A DNA stretch of 37,374 nucleotides. It comes from an uncultured bacterium. Lineage in GTDB: Bacteria > Hinthialibacterota > Hinthialibacteria > Hinthialibacterales > Hinthialibacteraceae. A program made the position numbers and the translations under genes. The stretch spans positions 1-37,374 of the forward strand of contig CAYVAZ010000008.1 of NCBI GenBank assembly GCA_964449065.1, written 5' to 3'. Shown piece by piece: positions 9,174-19,998 of this stretch. The notes beneath the pieces were generated by a model. It was not told the origin of the DNA and did not search any database. It was given only the letters and a program-made list of their open reading frames with translations. The number at the start of each line of letters is the position of its first letter. Within the stretch, counting starts at the first letter, position 1.

Positions 9174-11830
9174 TTGAGTTCCGCCCAATCGGTTCCTTGA
9201 TAACACTCGACCGGTGTGGGGACATCCAGGTCCACCGCGTGCTCCATCAACGTCCGGCACTTCGCGGCCGCTTCTTCGACAAAGTCGTTTCGTACTTCCA
9301 GCACCAATTCGTCATGCACGGTTAACAAAATCGCCGCGCGTTCCGGCTCGTCATTAAAGGCGGCATGAATCGCCACCATCGCGGCTTTCAACAAATCGGC
9401 AGCAGAGCCTTGAACGGGCGCGTTGATGGCGGCACGCTTGGCGTTGTCTTGCCGCATGCGGTTTTGGTCGCGAATGCCCGGTACCGGAATCTTGCGGCCC
9501 ATAATGGTTTGCACATACAAATTATCCCGCGCGAACGCCACGGTTTCATCCATGAATTGTTGTACGTTGGGGTAGCGGCTGAAGTACGCGGAAATATACC
9601 GCGACGCCTCGCTTTCATCAATCCCCAAACGGCGTGCCAAACCATATGAAGTCATCCCATAGTTCAAACCAAAGTTAATTTCCTTCGCTTTCCGCCGCAT
9701 ATCCGGTGTCACTTCATCCAGCGAAACCCCAAACACTTCCGCGGCGGTGCGTTGATGAATATCTTCCCCGCGTGAAAACGCTCCCGTCAAACCGGGGTCT
9801 TTTGATATATGAGCCAATACGCGCAATTCCACTTGCGAATAATCCAGCGAAAGCAGTTGATATCCATCCTCCGCGATAAACGCCTTCCGCACCCGCCGCC
9901 CCAAGTCCGTCCGGGTGGGGATGTTTTGCAAATTCGGGTCGGAACTGGATATTCTGCCGGTGTTGGTCATCACCTGATGATAGGTGGTATGAATCCGGCC
10001 GGTTTCCGGACGAATTAACTTGCGCAGTGCGTCCAAATAGGTGGATTGAATCTTCTTCCGCTGACGGTAATCCAAAATCTGTTGCGCGATTTCAATCCCC
10101 TCCGCGGCAAGTTTCTCCAAGATATCCGCGCGTGTGGAGCGTTTTCTTCCTTTCAGCAATTCCAAATCATCATACAAGACCGCAGCTAATTGCGCGGGTG
10201 AGTTCAAGTTAAATTCACGTCCAACCGATTTGTAGATCGCGGCTTCCAACGCTTTAATTTCTTTCCCTAACTCGATGGATTGTTTTTGTAAAATGGCTTC
10301 ATCGACTTTAATGCCGCGCCGCTCCATTGCTGATAAGACCGCGACCAGTGGAATTTCCACCTCATGATACAACTTCGAAACGGAACTCTCTTTCAACTTT
10401 GCGGAATAGATATCCCACAACTGCCAGGCGGCATCGGTATCTTCGCAGGCATACTCCGATACCGTTTCCACAGCCACATCCGCCATGGAGATTTGCGTTT
10501 TGCCGGAGCCGATCAAATCGGTGATCGGTGTCATCTTCATCCCCGCCAACCGAAAAGCCAAATCATCCAACTTGTGCGAGCCCGATTCCGGCTCCAACAA
10601 CGTGGACGCGATGTAGGTATCCTGTACCGGCGGTTTGACTTCGATCCCTTCGTTCTGCAATATATGTGAATCAAATTTCAGGTTATGCGCCACCTTCTCC
10701 ACATTCGGGGAGGCAAACAATTCCCGCAGCAGCGGATAGGCTTTTTCTTTATCCATATTACCGCCAGCTTTGTGACCGAACGGAATATACCAGCCTTGAC
10801 GCGCTTTGATGGAAACCGACAGCCCAACCATTTCATTCCCCAGTACCCCAAGCGTGGTGGTTTCGGTATCAAAGGCAAACCAAGGCTGCTGTTTAATGGT
10901 TTCGGCTATTTTCCGAAATTCTTCAATATTCGTGACTGTTTCGTATTCCCTCGATACCGGATTGTCCGGCACGGCAGGCTCCAACTCTTTGGCAAACGAC
11001 CGAAATTCATATTTTCGATAAAACGCCAATAGTTTGTTGGTTTGCTCGTCTTTTCGTGTATAAGGGAGCAGGCTTTTATCCAAGTTCATGTTGCGGCAAA
11101 TCAGAACCAATTCCCGCGACATGTAGGCCTGATCTTTAAAATTTTCTAAATTTTCTTTCCGCTTTTTGCCCGTTACGGTATCCAACCGCTCATATAACCC
11201 ATCCATCGATTCATACTCTTGAATCAGCTGAATCGCGGTTTTTTCGCCGATGCCCGGCACACCCGGAATGTTGTCGCTCGCGTCTCCCATCAGCGCCAGC
11301 ACATCAACGAACTGGCTGGGAGACACACCATACCGATCTTGAACTTCTTTGGCGGTATACATCATGTTCTTGTTGGCCGGGGTTACACGCAGCATGGATA
11401 CCGCATCATCCACCAACTGCAGCATGTCTTTATCCCCGGTAACGATGACGACGTTGTGGCCGTTTTGTTTCAGCAATTCCGCCGCTGTACCGATGATGTC
11501 ATCCGCTTCATATCCGGCTTCTTCATAGATATGAAATCCCAACAAATCTGTCACTTCCTTGATCGGGGCAATTTGGGCAATCAAATCATCCGGCGGCGCT
11601 TCCCGGTTCGCCTTATAATCCTTATACCGGTCTTCCCGGAACGTAGCTTCTTTCCGGTCAAATGCCACCAGCACCGCTTTTGGTTCGTACTCCTTTAAAA
11701 GGCCGCGAAGGGTTAGCAAATAACCATATATGGCATTGGTAGCCATTCCATCGGAGCGGCGTAAATCCCGTATACCATGGTATGCCCGGTAAAAGATCGA
11801 GCTGCCGTCAATTAAAAACGCTGTTGTCAT
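9170..11830 (-). CDS. polA: DNA polymerase I (5'-3' exonuclease, 3'-5' exonuclease and polymerase domains)
   Basis: LIDGSS..RAY, GDASDNIPGVPGIGEKTA, FDTETT, TGRISSSDPNLQNIP, DYSQVELRVLAH, AKEINFGLNYG, VHDELV. Confidence 0.99.
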   Translation of the reverse strand: MTTAFLIDGSSIFYRAYHGIRDLRRSDGMATNAIYGYLLTLRGLLKEYEPKAVLVAFDRKEATFREDRYKDYKANREAPPDDLIAQIAPIKEVTDLLGFHIYEEAGYEADDIIGTAAELLKQNGHNVVIVTGDKDMLQLVDDAVSMLRVTPANKNMMYTAKEVQDRYGVSPSQFVDVLALMGDASDNIPGVPGIGEKTAIQLIQEYESMDGLYERLDTVTGKKRKENLENFKDQAYMSRELVLICRNMNLDKSLLPYTRKDEQTNKLLAFYRKYEFRSFAKELEPAVPDNPVSREYETVTNIEEFRKIAETIKQQPWFAFDTETTTLGVLGNEMVGLSVSIKARQGWYIPFGHKAGGNMDKEKAYPLLRELFASPNVEKVAHNLKFDSHILQNEGIEVKPPVQDTYIASTLLEPESGSHKLDDLAFRLAGMKMTPITDLIGSGKTQISMADVAVETVSEYACEDTDAAWQLWDIYSAKLKESSVSKLYHEVEIPLVAVLSAMERRGIKVDEAILQKQSIELGKEIKALEAAIYKSVGREFNLNSPAQLAAVLYDDLELLKGRKRSTRADILEKLAAEGIEIAQQILDYRQRKKIQSTYLDALRKLIRPETGRIHTTYHQVMTNTGRISSSDPNLQNIPTRTDLGRRVRKAFIAEDGYQLLSLDYSQVELRVLAHISKDPGLTGAFSRGEDIHQRTAAEVFGVSLDEVTPDMRRKAKEINFGLNYGMTSYGLARRLGIDESEASRYISAYFSRYPNVQQFMDETVAFARDNLYVQTIMGRKIPVPGIRDQNRMRQDNAKRAAINAPVQGSAADLLKAAMVAIHAAFNDEPERAAILLTVHDELVLEVRNDFVEEAAAKCRTLMEHAVDLDVPTPVECYQGTDWAELK

Positions 11831-12125
11831 AGTCGTAGAATTATGAAATACTTTTTCAAACTATTTATCCATGCTAAACCAAATGGCGTTTAACGAAATA
11901 CACTGGACAGAATGGCTGAATCAATTTGAAAACACTTTTTTTTCCAAGATGGGTAATTGGATCGCTCTTAAAGATAGAGTTATGCCAGCTTGGAAGAGGA
12001 AATAGCATTGGGCCATTCAAGATGTTGAGTTAGCATGGCGATACGCCCCTGCAAATGTAAAATGTATACCAAGACACGTTTAAAACGTGTGTTTGATTGT
12101 ACGCATAGATAGAGTGTTCAACCTT

Positions 12126-12157
12126 GTAGGATGGCGATGAGAGAAGCGAAACCCACC
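12126..12157 (+). repeat. Degenerate GTAG-type REP
   Basis: gtaggatggcgatgagagaagcgaaacccacc resembles the reverse complement of 2716-2748. Confidence 0.55.
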
Positions 12158-12548
12158 ATGTCCATCTACAATCACTTTGATTGTATCAAATAGTCTTATT
12201 GCAACTTGGTATGAGCGGTATTTGCACTCAACTATCTAAATAAGAACCGGCATCGAGTACACCGGGTTTCACATACCTGGAAAAGTCAGAGTATCGTTTT
12301 TGATAAAAACCTCATTCCATACTCTATCCATTTCGTTTCCTGTAACGGAAAAAAGTCTTCCCCATGACGTAAACTATGTATTGGTGAAAAGAATTGGTTG
12401 ATAAATTTTCGCCGTTAAGGGAAATGAAGTACGAGGTTTAAATATGATTTTTATAAACGGATTCTGTTCTTTCTAATTAGTATAGGCAATCATATATGAA
12501 ATGCAAGAAGATTTTTGGGTTTAGGCGAGAGAAACCATTTTTTGCAAT

Positions 12549-12584
12549 TGAAGGAAGAACGGAAACTATTCCGTCCTTCCTTCA
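12549..12584 (-). terminator. Stem-loop just downstream of the secretin gene
   Basis: tgaaggaagaacggaa-acta-ttccgtccttccttca, 16-bp stem with one mismatch; no clear U-tract. Confidence 0.55.
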
Positions 12585-12595
12585 GAATCGCGTAA

Positions 12596-15500
12596 TCAGT
12601 TAAATTCCGGATCAATAATTTTGGTCGTAATGAACATCAACGTGGATGTTTTGGTTTTTTCCAAGCTACGATCTGTAAACAACGTTCCCAAAAATGGAAT
12701 CTTGGATAAGAAAGGTGTTTTGTTTTGATCGTCCTGTTCGCTTTCTTCAATCATTCCGCCGATGACCAGGGTTGAACCGTTTTTCACCCGCACACTGGTT
12801 TGCACAAACTTTTGTGAAAAGGTCAACGGACCGATATTTGGAATCGCCTGTCCCGCGGGAGCTTCACCGGTCAACTGAACCGGCAGGCGTTCACCCGCCT
12901 CGGTCACTTGCGGTGCCAATTCCAGGTAGACGTGATTGTCGTTCAAAATAAATGGCAGGAAGGAAAGGGTAACCCCGGCAAACGCGACATCAAAATCTGC
13001 CGTTAAGCGGTTGTTGGTCGGGTCATCGTCCCCTTGGTCTTCAAAGTCAACGTTGTCGGAAAACGGAATTTGTGTACCGATAAACAACTGCGGAGGAACC
13101 ACCGGGTTGGCGACCGTCAAAATTTTCGGCGCGCTTAACGTATTGAAACTGGACGTGGATTCCAACAAACTCATAATGAACTCCAGACGGGATTCACCGA
13201 ACGTCCGGGTGCTGAAGTCCAGTCCTGGGGTGACATTAACGCCGCTTAAATCACCGCGGCTGATACCGATGCTCATATCCTGCTGATCGGCATCATCCAA
13301 TTGAATATTGTCAATCAACGGATTGGTTAAGATGTAATCAAAGTTGATTGAACGCAGGTCTTGCAGGTCAACGGTCACAATCCGCTGTTCCAGTTCCACC
13401 ATTCGTTGCGGTTTATCAAAGGTCGTCACTACCCGCTGCACCAAATCCAACACTTGGGGGTCAGTTGTAAAAGCAACAATGCTGTTGGTGTTTACATCCG
13501 GAAAAAAGCGGACATCGAAAAATTGCAGCAGATCGGCACCGCCGCCGCCGCCGCCCTGTAAGTTGATTATGTCGCGGGTGGTGTCTTCAAAGATATTTCC
13601 GACATCCTGGTTACCGCCCTGGTTATCCGTACCCAAGGTTTGCAACGCGTCTTGAGACAAGAACTGGGTCCGGGTGGATTGCTGGGAATCGAAGAACAGC
13701 AACGCCAACGCGTCCGCAATATGAAACACGTTAACGTGCTCCACCAATATCCGTTCAAGGTGGATATCTTGCGTTGTTTCACCACGCACGCTGTTCAAAT
13801 AATCTTCCACTTTACGCAAGTTTTCGGAGGTATCAATGACATCAATAGTGCCGCGTTCCGGGTTGGTAAAAATTTTACGGCCTTGCAGCGCGGCTTGTTC
13901 CAAGCCTTCACGGCCGTACAGCATACTTTCCAAAACCTCCGCAATCAGCCGCACATATTCTTCGCGGCGGGCAATGGCTTCCGGGGTATCATCCAAATCT
14001 TCCGGATCAGTCAGTTGAAACTGCCGCGCGTCCAATTCGCCTTCTTCAATTTGACTCTGCAACTCATTGTCTTGCAAAATTTGCTCAACCGTTCGAATAT
14101 TTTCCGGATAATCCACAACAATGATCGAATTGGATTGTCTTTCCAGAACCAATTTACGGCGGTTGTCGCGCACATCAATTGGGTCTTGCTCTCCGTAAAG
14201 CGAAACCCGAATAATTTCGAATAGGTCTTGCGCGATTTCTTCCCGAACTTTATAGATTCCCAACTCAACCGGCTGGGTTTCACCTAAAATTTCCGGCATG
14301 TCATTTAAAAAAGCTTCTACCTTCCGCAGGTTTTCTTCGGTATCGGTTACATTCAGTGAGCGGGAGTTTTTGCTGAGATACAACTGCTTTCCGGGCACGT
14401 TAAACTCTTCTTGCGGTCCGTACAAAATGGTTTTTAAATTGTCGCTGGAATCCTGAAGGGTAGTTGGATCGCTCAAAATCAGTTCCAAGGTTTTGTATTG
14501 TCCATCCGACAACGGAAACACGCGGGTTTTAAACCCGGGTTCCACAAAAATCGTGTTGCCTTCCCGGTCCCAAATAAATCCGTATTGCTTTTGAATCACA
14601 TTCAAGATATCGCGCAGCGAAGCATTTTTCATTTCCAACGCCACATTGCCGTTCAAGTTTTCATCCATCGCCAAGTTTAAATTGGTGAATGAAATCAAGG
14701 TGCTCAATACATCCTTCACATCAATCAATTCGCCTTGGGTGGAATATTGTTGTATGACCGTATCCAGCATCTCTTCGAACCGGGCTTCTTCTTTTGCCAT
14801 TTTTTCGGCCTGTTCACGGGCCTCAACGGCTTGCTGGTATTCAACACGGGTGTTGGTGAGATAGGTTTGGGCGGCTTGATGTTCCGGGTAAATTTCGATC
14901 GCCTGGCGCCATTTGCTGACCGCTTCAATGATTTGATCCTGCTTGTAGAGAACAACCCCTTCTTCAAACAAGGTATCGGCGGCGCTGTGCAATTGCGAAT
15001 AGTTTTCTTTGTTTCCTGCTTCGTCCATGGCGGCAAGATTTCTTCCCGCACCGCCCCGTTCATCGTAAATGCGTTCCAGCAGTGAATTCACGCGCTTGTC
15101 TTCGGGCGCAATCAACTTGGCGCGGTGCAGTTCCACCTCCGCTTTTTCCAATTGCCCGTTTTCCATATAGATCAGCGCTTTGTTGATTTGCTTTTCCAAT
15201 TCGGAAAGATTGTAATCCATCTGCGATTGAACAACTTCTTTTACTTTTTCTTCGTTCCGCTCAATGGCCGCAATGTATTGTTCAATCTGTTTCTTTTCCT
15301 TACTGGAAGGATTTTTTTTCAACGCCGCGTCCAAGGTGGCTTTCGCGCCGTCATAATCGGTATCCTTCATCTGCGATTGAGCCACTTCCAGCAATTGGCC
15401 GGCGGATAAATTCCGTGTCGCGGCCTCTGCCGCGGCGATTTGCTGCTTCATCGAGAGCGGCACCCCTTGATCGGCAAGTGTTTCCAACGCTTTTTTGGCC

Positions 15501-15790
15501 TCGGCATTGCGCGGATCCAATACCAATACATTTTGCAGGATCGATTTGCCATCCTCTATTTTGCCCGCTTTGATTTCGGCACGGGCAAGACGAAGCAGGG
15601 TATCAATCGTTTTATCGGTACTGGTTTGTTCCGCTTTTGCCGTTGCCTGCAACCCCAACGCTGTTATGGCATGGGTCGATGTCAAAGCATGCAGGCCCGG
15701 CGCAACCACAAAAAGAAGCCCGGTCAAGGCAAAGATAAAAGTTATACTAGTCTGTCTTGGTCTGGCACCCGGATTTCTATTGAATTTCAT
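12596..15790 (-). CDS. Secretin (PilQ/GspD family) with N-terminal TPR region
   Basis: Signal peptide; TPR-like segments (VLVLDPRN, AKLIAPED, AIEIYPEH); N0-like and several N3-like repeats (SNSIIVVDYPENI, NTNSIVAF); secretin core LSAPKILT, VRVKNGSTLVIGG, KTPFLSKIPFLGTLF. Confidence 0.92.
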   Translation of the reverse strand: MKFNRNPGARPRQTSITFIFALTGLLFVVAPGLHALTSTHAITALGLQATAKAEQTSTDKTIDTLLRLARAEIKAGKIEDGKSILQNVLVLDPRNAEAKKALETLADQGVPLSMKQQIAAAEAATRNLSAGQLLEVAQSQMKDTDYDGAKATLDAALKKNPSSKEKKQIEQYIAAIERNEEKVKEVVQSQMDYNLSELEKQINKALIYMENGQLEKAEVELHRAKLIAPEDKRVNSLLERIYDERGGAGRNLAAMDEAGNKENYSQLHSAADTLFEEGVVLYKQDQIIEAVSKWRQAIEIYPEHQAAQTYLTNTRVEYQQAVEAREQAEKMAKEEARFEEMLDTVIQQYSTQGELIDVKDVLSTLISFTNLNLAMDENLNGNVALEMKNASLRDILNVIQKQYGFIWDREGNTIFVEPGFKTRVFPLSDGQYKTLELILSDPTTLQDSSDNLKTILYGPQEEFNVPGKQLYLSKNSRSLNVTDTEENLRKVEAFLNDMPEILGETQPVELGIYKVREEIAQDLFEIIRVSLYGEQDPIDVRDNRRKLVLERQSNSIIVVDYPENIRTVEQILQDNELQSQIEEGELDARQFQLTDPEDLDDTPEAIARREEYVRLIAEVLESMLYGREGLEQAALQGRKIFTNPERGTIDVIDTSENLRKVEDYLNSVRGETTQDIHLERILVEHVNVFHIADALALLFFDSQQSTRTQFLSQDALQTLGTDNQGGNQDVGNIFEDTTRDIINLQGGGGGGADLLQFFDVRFFPDVNTNSIVAFTTDPQVLDLVQRVVTTFDKPQRMVELEQRIVTVDLQDLRSINFDYILTNPLIDNIQLDDADQQDMSIGISRGDLSGVNVTPGLDFSTRTFGESRLEFIMSLLESTSSFNTLSAPKILTVANPVVPPQLFIGTQIPFSDNVDFEDQGDDDPTNNRLTADFDVAFAGVTLSFLPFILNDNHVYLELAPQVTEAGERLPVQLTGEAPAGQAIPNIGPLTFSQKFVQTSVRVKNGSTLVIGGMIEESEQDDQNKTPFLSKIPFLGTLFTDRSLEKTKTSTLMFITTKIIDPEFN

Positions 15791-16141
15791 CTACGCACTC
15801 CTTACGTTCAAATCCCCACCGGCATTGGCAGGTACATAACTTCAGATTTAAGTGAATTGACGGTTTGTCCTAAAGAAACTGGTTCCCCGTCATTTTGTTT
15901 CGGTTGCTTCGATTGTTTTCGCTTGTTTCGTGTTTCGCGTTTCACCGGTGAAAAGCTTTTATCTTATCTGACCAGCAAACACACACATTCCAAAAACCGA
16001 TCCGGTTTCATCGTTCAGATTCATACAACCATTCGCGTGATCATTTGTGAACATTTCACTTTGGGAACGATTAATTATCGATGCCGTTATTGGCTCTTTT
16101 ACTGTATAGATTTCAGAGAATCTTTCCAAGCCCTGCACACC

Positions 16142-16171
16142 TATTCAATCACATTTTATTCAATCACATTT
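16142..16171. repeat. Perfect 15-bp tandem direct repeat TATTCAATCACATTT x2
   Basis: Seen directly in the intergenic region upstream of the secretin gene. Confidence 0.7.
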
Positions 16172-16260
16172 CATTGCCATGCAGGTGGAATTTTGCTTCC
16201 GGCTCTGGTTTGCGCTGGAATCTCTGACAGCTTCCGTTCACACAACATTCCACATTCCCA

Positions 16261-17829
16261 TTATTCTTCAGACGCACTCAGCGGCACTTCCGCATCCGTA
16301 TAACCAGGCTTGGAGAGTATAACAACCCCCCTATCCGTGTCAACTTTCATCGTGATTCTTGTCCGCCGGTCCATCGAACCATCTCTCCACGTGGCGCTTG
16401 TCGGATTTTGCGTACGGCTGCTTAGATCGATGTACTGAACACTATAGGATTTGGACGTCGGAGAGACCGGTTTAATGCTGATAATCTTATAGGCTTCCGT
16501 CACCGGCGGCGGTAGCGTCAACGCGTTCAGCTGCTTCATCAACGATTGAATCGTCTGCTGCGATTCAGCTGGGATGGCGCTGCCGCCCGATTCCAGCAGC
16601 TGATTTAAGTTCTGCAAGTAGCGAAATTTGGTTTGCGGGTCAAAATTCTCATAGTCTTCTTGATTCAATATCTGCGTTTGCTCCTGCAAAAACGTTTGCG
16701 CTTTCGATATCACCAGCTGTGCCCGCTGTTGGATAAAGCCGTTGCGTTTGCTGATGATCTCTTGCCGAATCGAGGGGTCCTGCCCCTGCTGCAAATAGTT
16801 CATGGCTTGGGTCAGCGCGAAAATCGCTTCCTGTGCTTTGATGGGATCCTGCTCTTGCATCGCGGTGGTGAATTGGCTTTCCGCCTGCACGATAATTTGT
16901 TGGAAATTGTCCTTCAACTTGCTTTGCAGACGCTGCAGCAAACCATTGACACGCGCACGGGCGCTTTGCTCGATCAATTGCGCGTTGGGATCGATTTGAT
17001 TGATTTGAATTTGCAACTGGTTCAGACGGAAACTTGCTTGAATATGGGCTACCAAATCGTTCCCCTGCAATACGTTTTGCCCTTCTTGCGCGGCTTGATC
17101 GATATCATCCAGAATAATCGTTCTTTGCAGATCACGCAGTTTTTGATCAACAGACGTTTGCACCTCTCTCAATTGATCCAAGTTCTGCTGCGGCAAATCC
17201 GGGTTGGCATCCAATACATCCGTCACCAGTTTCGACGCGCGGGAATACGCGTTTAAGGCTTCCCGCCGGTCCCCTTCTCCCGCAAGACGGTCCCCTTCCG
17301 CCTCTTCTGATTGGGCGGAATTCAAGATGCGGTCAAAGTTGAGTTTGGCGTCCTGGCTTTGCGCGCGCCGTTTGTATTCCGACGGCGGGATGGGATATTG
17401 GATCCGGGTTTCCGTCACATCCAACTCGATGACTTTGTCGAACATGGCAACGGATTCTTGAAAGCGCTGTTCTTCGTACAGTTCAATTCCCTGTTTGTAA
17501 TAGGCTTCGACCTGCTGACGAATCCGCAACTGATCCTGTGGAGAGCCGAATGGATTGCTTTCTAAATTATACGTTTCTTCCGCTTCTTTCGCGGTTAACT
17601 TTTCGGCGACTTCGGTCGATACGATCTCGTCTCCTCCAGGCCCGTTCACCGGACCACCGGTATCGACTTCAAACCGGTCGGAAATCATCTCCCCCACGGT
17701 GCGGGAGCTCATTTCGTAAAGGTACCACCCACCGTAACCGGACGCCACAACCAGGAGCACCAAAAACAACTGATCTTTATATCTTCCAAGCAATTCTAAA
17801 ATCGCGTCTTTATCCAATTTAAGAGCCAA
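16261..17829 (-). CDS. Membrane-anchored TPR/helical protein in the PilO/PilP position
   Basis: N-terminal TM; NPF motif resembling the PilP RDPF motif; TPR-like helices; beta-rich C-terminus; lies between pilMN and the secretin; TTG start uncertain. Confidence 0.7.
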   Translation of the reverse strand: MALKLDKDAILELLGRYKDQLFLVLLVVASGYGGWYLYEMSSRTVGEMISDRFEVDTGGPVNGPGGDEIVSTEVAEKLTAKEAEETYNLESNPFGSPQDQLRIRQQVEAYYKQGIELYEEQRFQESVAMFDKVIELDVTETRIQYPIPPSEYKRRAQSQDAKLNFDRILNSAQSEEAEGDRLAGEGDRREALNAYSRASKLVTDVLDANPDLPQQNLDQLREVQTSVDQKLRDLQRTIILDDIDQAAQEGQNVLQGNDLVAHIQASFRLNQLQIQINQIDPNAQLIEQSARARVNGLLQRLQSKLKDNFQQIIVQAESQFTTAMQEQDPIKAQEAIFALTQAMNYLQQGQDPSIRQEIISKRNGFIQQRAQLVISKAQTFLQEQTQILNQEDYENFDPQTKFRYLQNLNQLLESGGSAIPAESQQTIQSLMKQLNALTLPPPVTEAYKIISIKPVSPTSKSYSVQYIDLSSRTQNPTSATWRDGSMDRRTRITMKVDTDRGVVILSKPGYTDAEVPLSASEE

Positions 17830-17898
17830 TGTTCTGCCTCACTTCATCTGAGTTTTGATACGAACAGTTATCATAATATCATGCGTATAAAAACGTGA

Positions 17899-19998
17899 TT
17901 ATTGTCCACCGGCCGGCATGCCGCCCATGCCGCCGTACCCACCGCCCATGCCGCCATACATACCGCCATACATACCGCCGTATCCATAGCCGCCCGCCGC
18001 GGCTCCATCATCATCTCCGGGGGTAGGTGTAGCCGTGGGTTTGGGTGTCGGTTGCGGTGTTTTTTGTTCAAATTTCGCCAGCAACTCATCCGGCGTCATC
18101 CGGCGGTCAGCCCACGCTTCCACTTCTTCACGGCTGATCACATAATGCGTTACCAGATTGCTTTGCAAATCATGAAACCGCAAATCAATCGTCTTGACCG
18201 TCTGATCTCCAGACGCATCCAACGCGGAGTAAACTTTACTTAAAAATCCTAGACGGCCGTCGTCCTCTTCAAAGTCATAGCTTCCAATGATCAACGTCGC
18301 GTCCGATTCCGGATCGTCCGGCACCGATCGCTCAAATTCAATAATTAAAATCGTGTCGGTCACGCGGCTTCTAAATTCATCCACAAATTTAATTTCCGAT
18401 TCGGTCGGCTCGTTGTAGCTGAATATCGTGATCGTGAAACTGGTTGCCGAACGCCCGGTGATCGTGTCCGGTTCAAACTGGCTGTCGGTCAACGCAACCG
18501 CATTGTTGTTGAAGAATGGAGACATCGTCAAATTTCGCAAATAGGTGGAAATACTCTCGTAACTCAGCGCCTGGCCTTTCAACACCAATTGAGCGTATGA
18601 CATCTCAATCGAATCCAGCCAGATATCTTGGGGGATCAACCGCTGCACTTCTAAAAACACCCGCGTCAATTCGCCGCGTTTTCCTGCCACTTCATTAATC
18701 CGATTGATCCGCTTCTTGTATTCGTCTTGCTGCTCCCGGGCTTCACGGAGCGGCTCCAACGTATCCAAACCCGGCTGCACAATCTCCTGCATCTGATTCA
18801 CCGCATTGGCCTGCTTCTCAACCAAATTGTTCAAGAAATAATACGACCCGCCGATCATCGCCAGTAACACGACCAGCATGGATACCAACATCGGCGAACG
18901 GCGTTCCAACTCCAAACGCTGCTTGATGCCCGCCGGAGAAAAACTCATCGCGCATGCCGCTTTTCCACCGGCACGAACCGCCAAACCGATTAACGCCGCG
19001 TCATACCCCAGCGTTTTCACCTGCTCGTCTGTCAGTTTGACACAATCCACATCAGCCGCCTGAAAGGTGTGCACCGGCACGCCCAAACGGTCTTCAATAA
19101 AGTCATTCACTCCTTCGATGTTCACGGTCACACCGCACAGATAAATGCGTGTGACGGGCTCGGCATCGGGTTGTGATACATAAAAATCGAACGACCGGCG
19201 GATTTCCGTGATGATGCGTTCAAATCCCTGCTCCATCACCGATGCGACATCCTCCGCGTTCAACTCGGACCCTTCATACTCTTCCGCTTTTTTGTATTTG
19301 AGTTGTTCGGCCTCTTCACCCGTTAGACCAAACTGCTTCGCGATCATATTTGTCAACGTATCCCCGGCCACCGGGGCGCTGCGGATAAACTGCATCCGGC
19401 CATTTTGTTCAATCGCGATATCGGTGCTTGAATTCCCAATCGATACCACTGCCGTCACTTCTGCATCATCACGCTTATCGGAGGCCGCGTAAGCATTGTA
19501 AATCGAAAGCGGCGCGGCCTCGATGTAGTCCGCCCGAATGCCGCATTTCTTCAGAGCCGCGGCATAGCCGTCCGCCACCTCTTTCCGCACGGCAACCAGC
19601 GACACATCCAATTCGGGTATTTCCGCCCCCGAATCGGACACTTCATAATCCAAATTGACCTGGTCTAACGGAAAGGGAATTTGCTGTTTGGCTTCGTATT
19701 TGATGATTCGCCCCAACTGCTTGCCCCGGACGAACGGGATTTTAATCTGACGGGTAAACGCCGCTTTACCGGGGATCGAAACGATCGCGCGTTTTTCTTT
19801 AATCCCCAATTCTTGCAGCAATGGCGGCAGGGCATCTTGAATGGCCTGATTTAAGGTCTCTTGATCGGCGTTGGCCGGCACATTCATAGGCTTAAAACCG
19901 GCCTTCAGAACTTCCGTCCCTTCTTTGGTGGGACGCAACTGCATCACTTTGATGCGTTGGTTGTCTACGTCTATAACTAAATTCGGTGATTTTGCCAT
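17899..19998 (-). CDS. pilM: PilM-PilN fusion protein with C-terminal PT linker and GGM/GGY tail
   Basis: PilM motifs EAKQQIPFPLDQVNLDY, VSIGNSST, EIRRSFDFY; then TM, coiled coil and PilN-like PQDIWLDSI..LKGQA..LTMSPFF. Confidence 0.88.
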   Translation of the reverse strand: MAKSPNLVIDVDNQRIKVMQLRPTKEGTEVLKAGFKPMNVPANADQETLNQAIQDALPPLLQELGIKEKRAIVSIPGKAAFTRQIKIPFVRGKQLGRIIKYEAKQQIPFPLDQVNLDYEVSDSGAEIPELDVSLVAVRKEVADGYAAALKKCGIRADYIEAAPLSIYNAYAASDKRDDAEVTAVVSIGNSSTDIAIEQNGRMQFIRSAPVAGDTLTNMIAKQFGLTGEEAEQLKYKKAEEYEGSELNAEDVASVMEQGFERIITEIRRSFDFYVSQPDAEPVTRIYLCGVTVNIEGVNDFIEDRLGVPVHTFQAADVDCVKLTDEQVKTLGYDAALIGLAVRAGGKAACAMSFSPAGIKQRLELERRSPMLVSMLVVLLAMIGGSYYFLNNLVEKQANAVNQMQEIVQPGLDTLEPLREAREQQDEYKKRINRINEVAGKRGELTRVFLEVQRLIPQDIWLDSIEMSYAQLVLKGQALSYESISTYLRNLTMSPFFNNNAVALTDSQFEPDTITGRSATSFTITIFSYNEPTESEIKFVDEFRSRVTDTILIIEFERSVPDDPESDATLIIGSYDFEEDDGRLGFLSKVYSALDASGDQTVKTIDLRFHDLQSNLVTHYVISREEVEAWADRRMTPDELLAKFEQKTPQPTPKPTATPTPGDDDGAAAGGYGYGGMYGGMYGGMGGGYGGMGGMPAGGQ

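Noticed and set aside
9174..9260. N-terminal extension of CoaE in the ORF track
   Set aside because: Overlaps polA; the ATGA-coupled start at 9173 is more plausible
11871..12005. 44-aa plus-strand ORF upstream of polA
   Set aside because: No RBS or motif support; probably chance in the promoter region
16185..16225. GCAAACC..GCAAA on the minus strand resembling a c-di-GMP-I riboswitch
   Set aside because: No GAAA-capped P2 stem or tetraloop receptor could be built
15440..16303. 287-aa plus-strand ORF
   Set aside because: Antisense overlap with the secretin gene, no recognisable motifs, atypical composition
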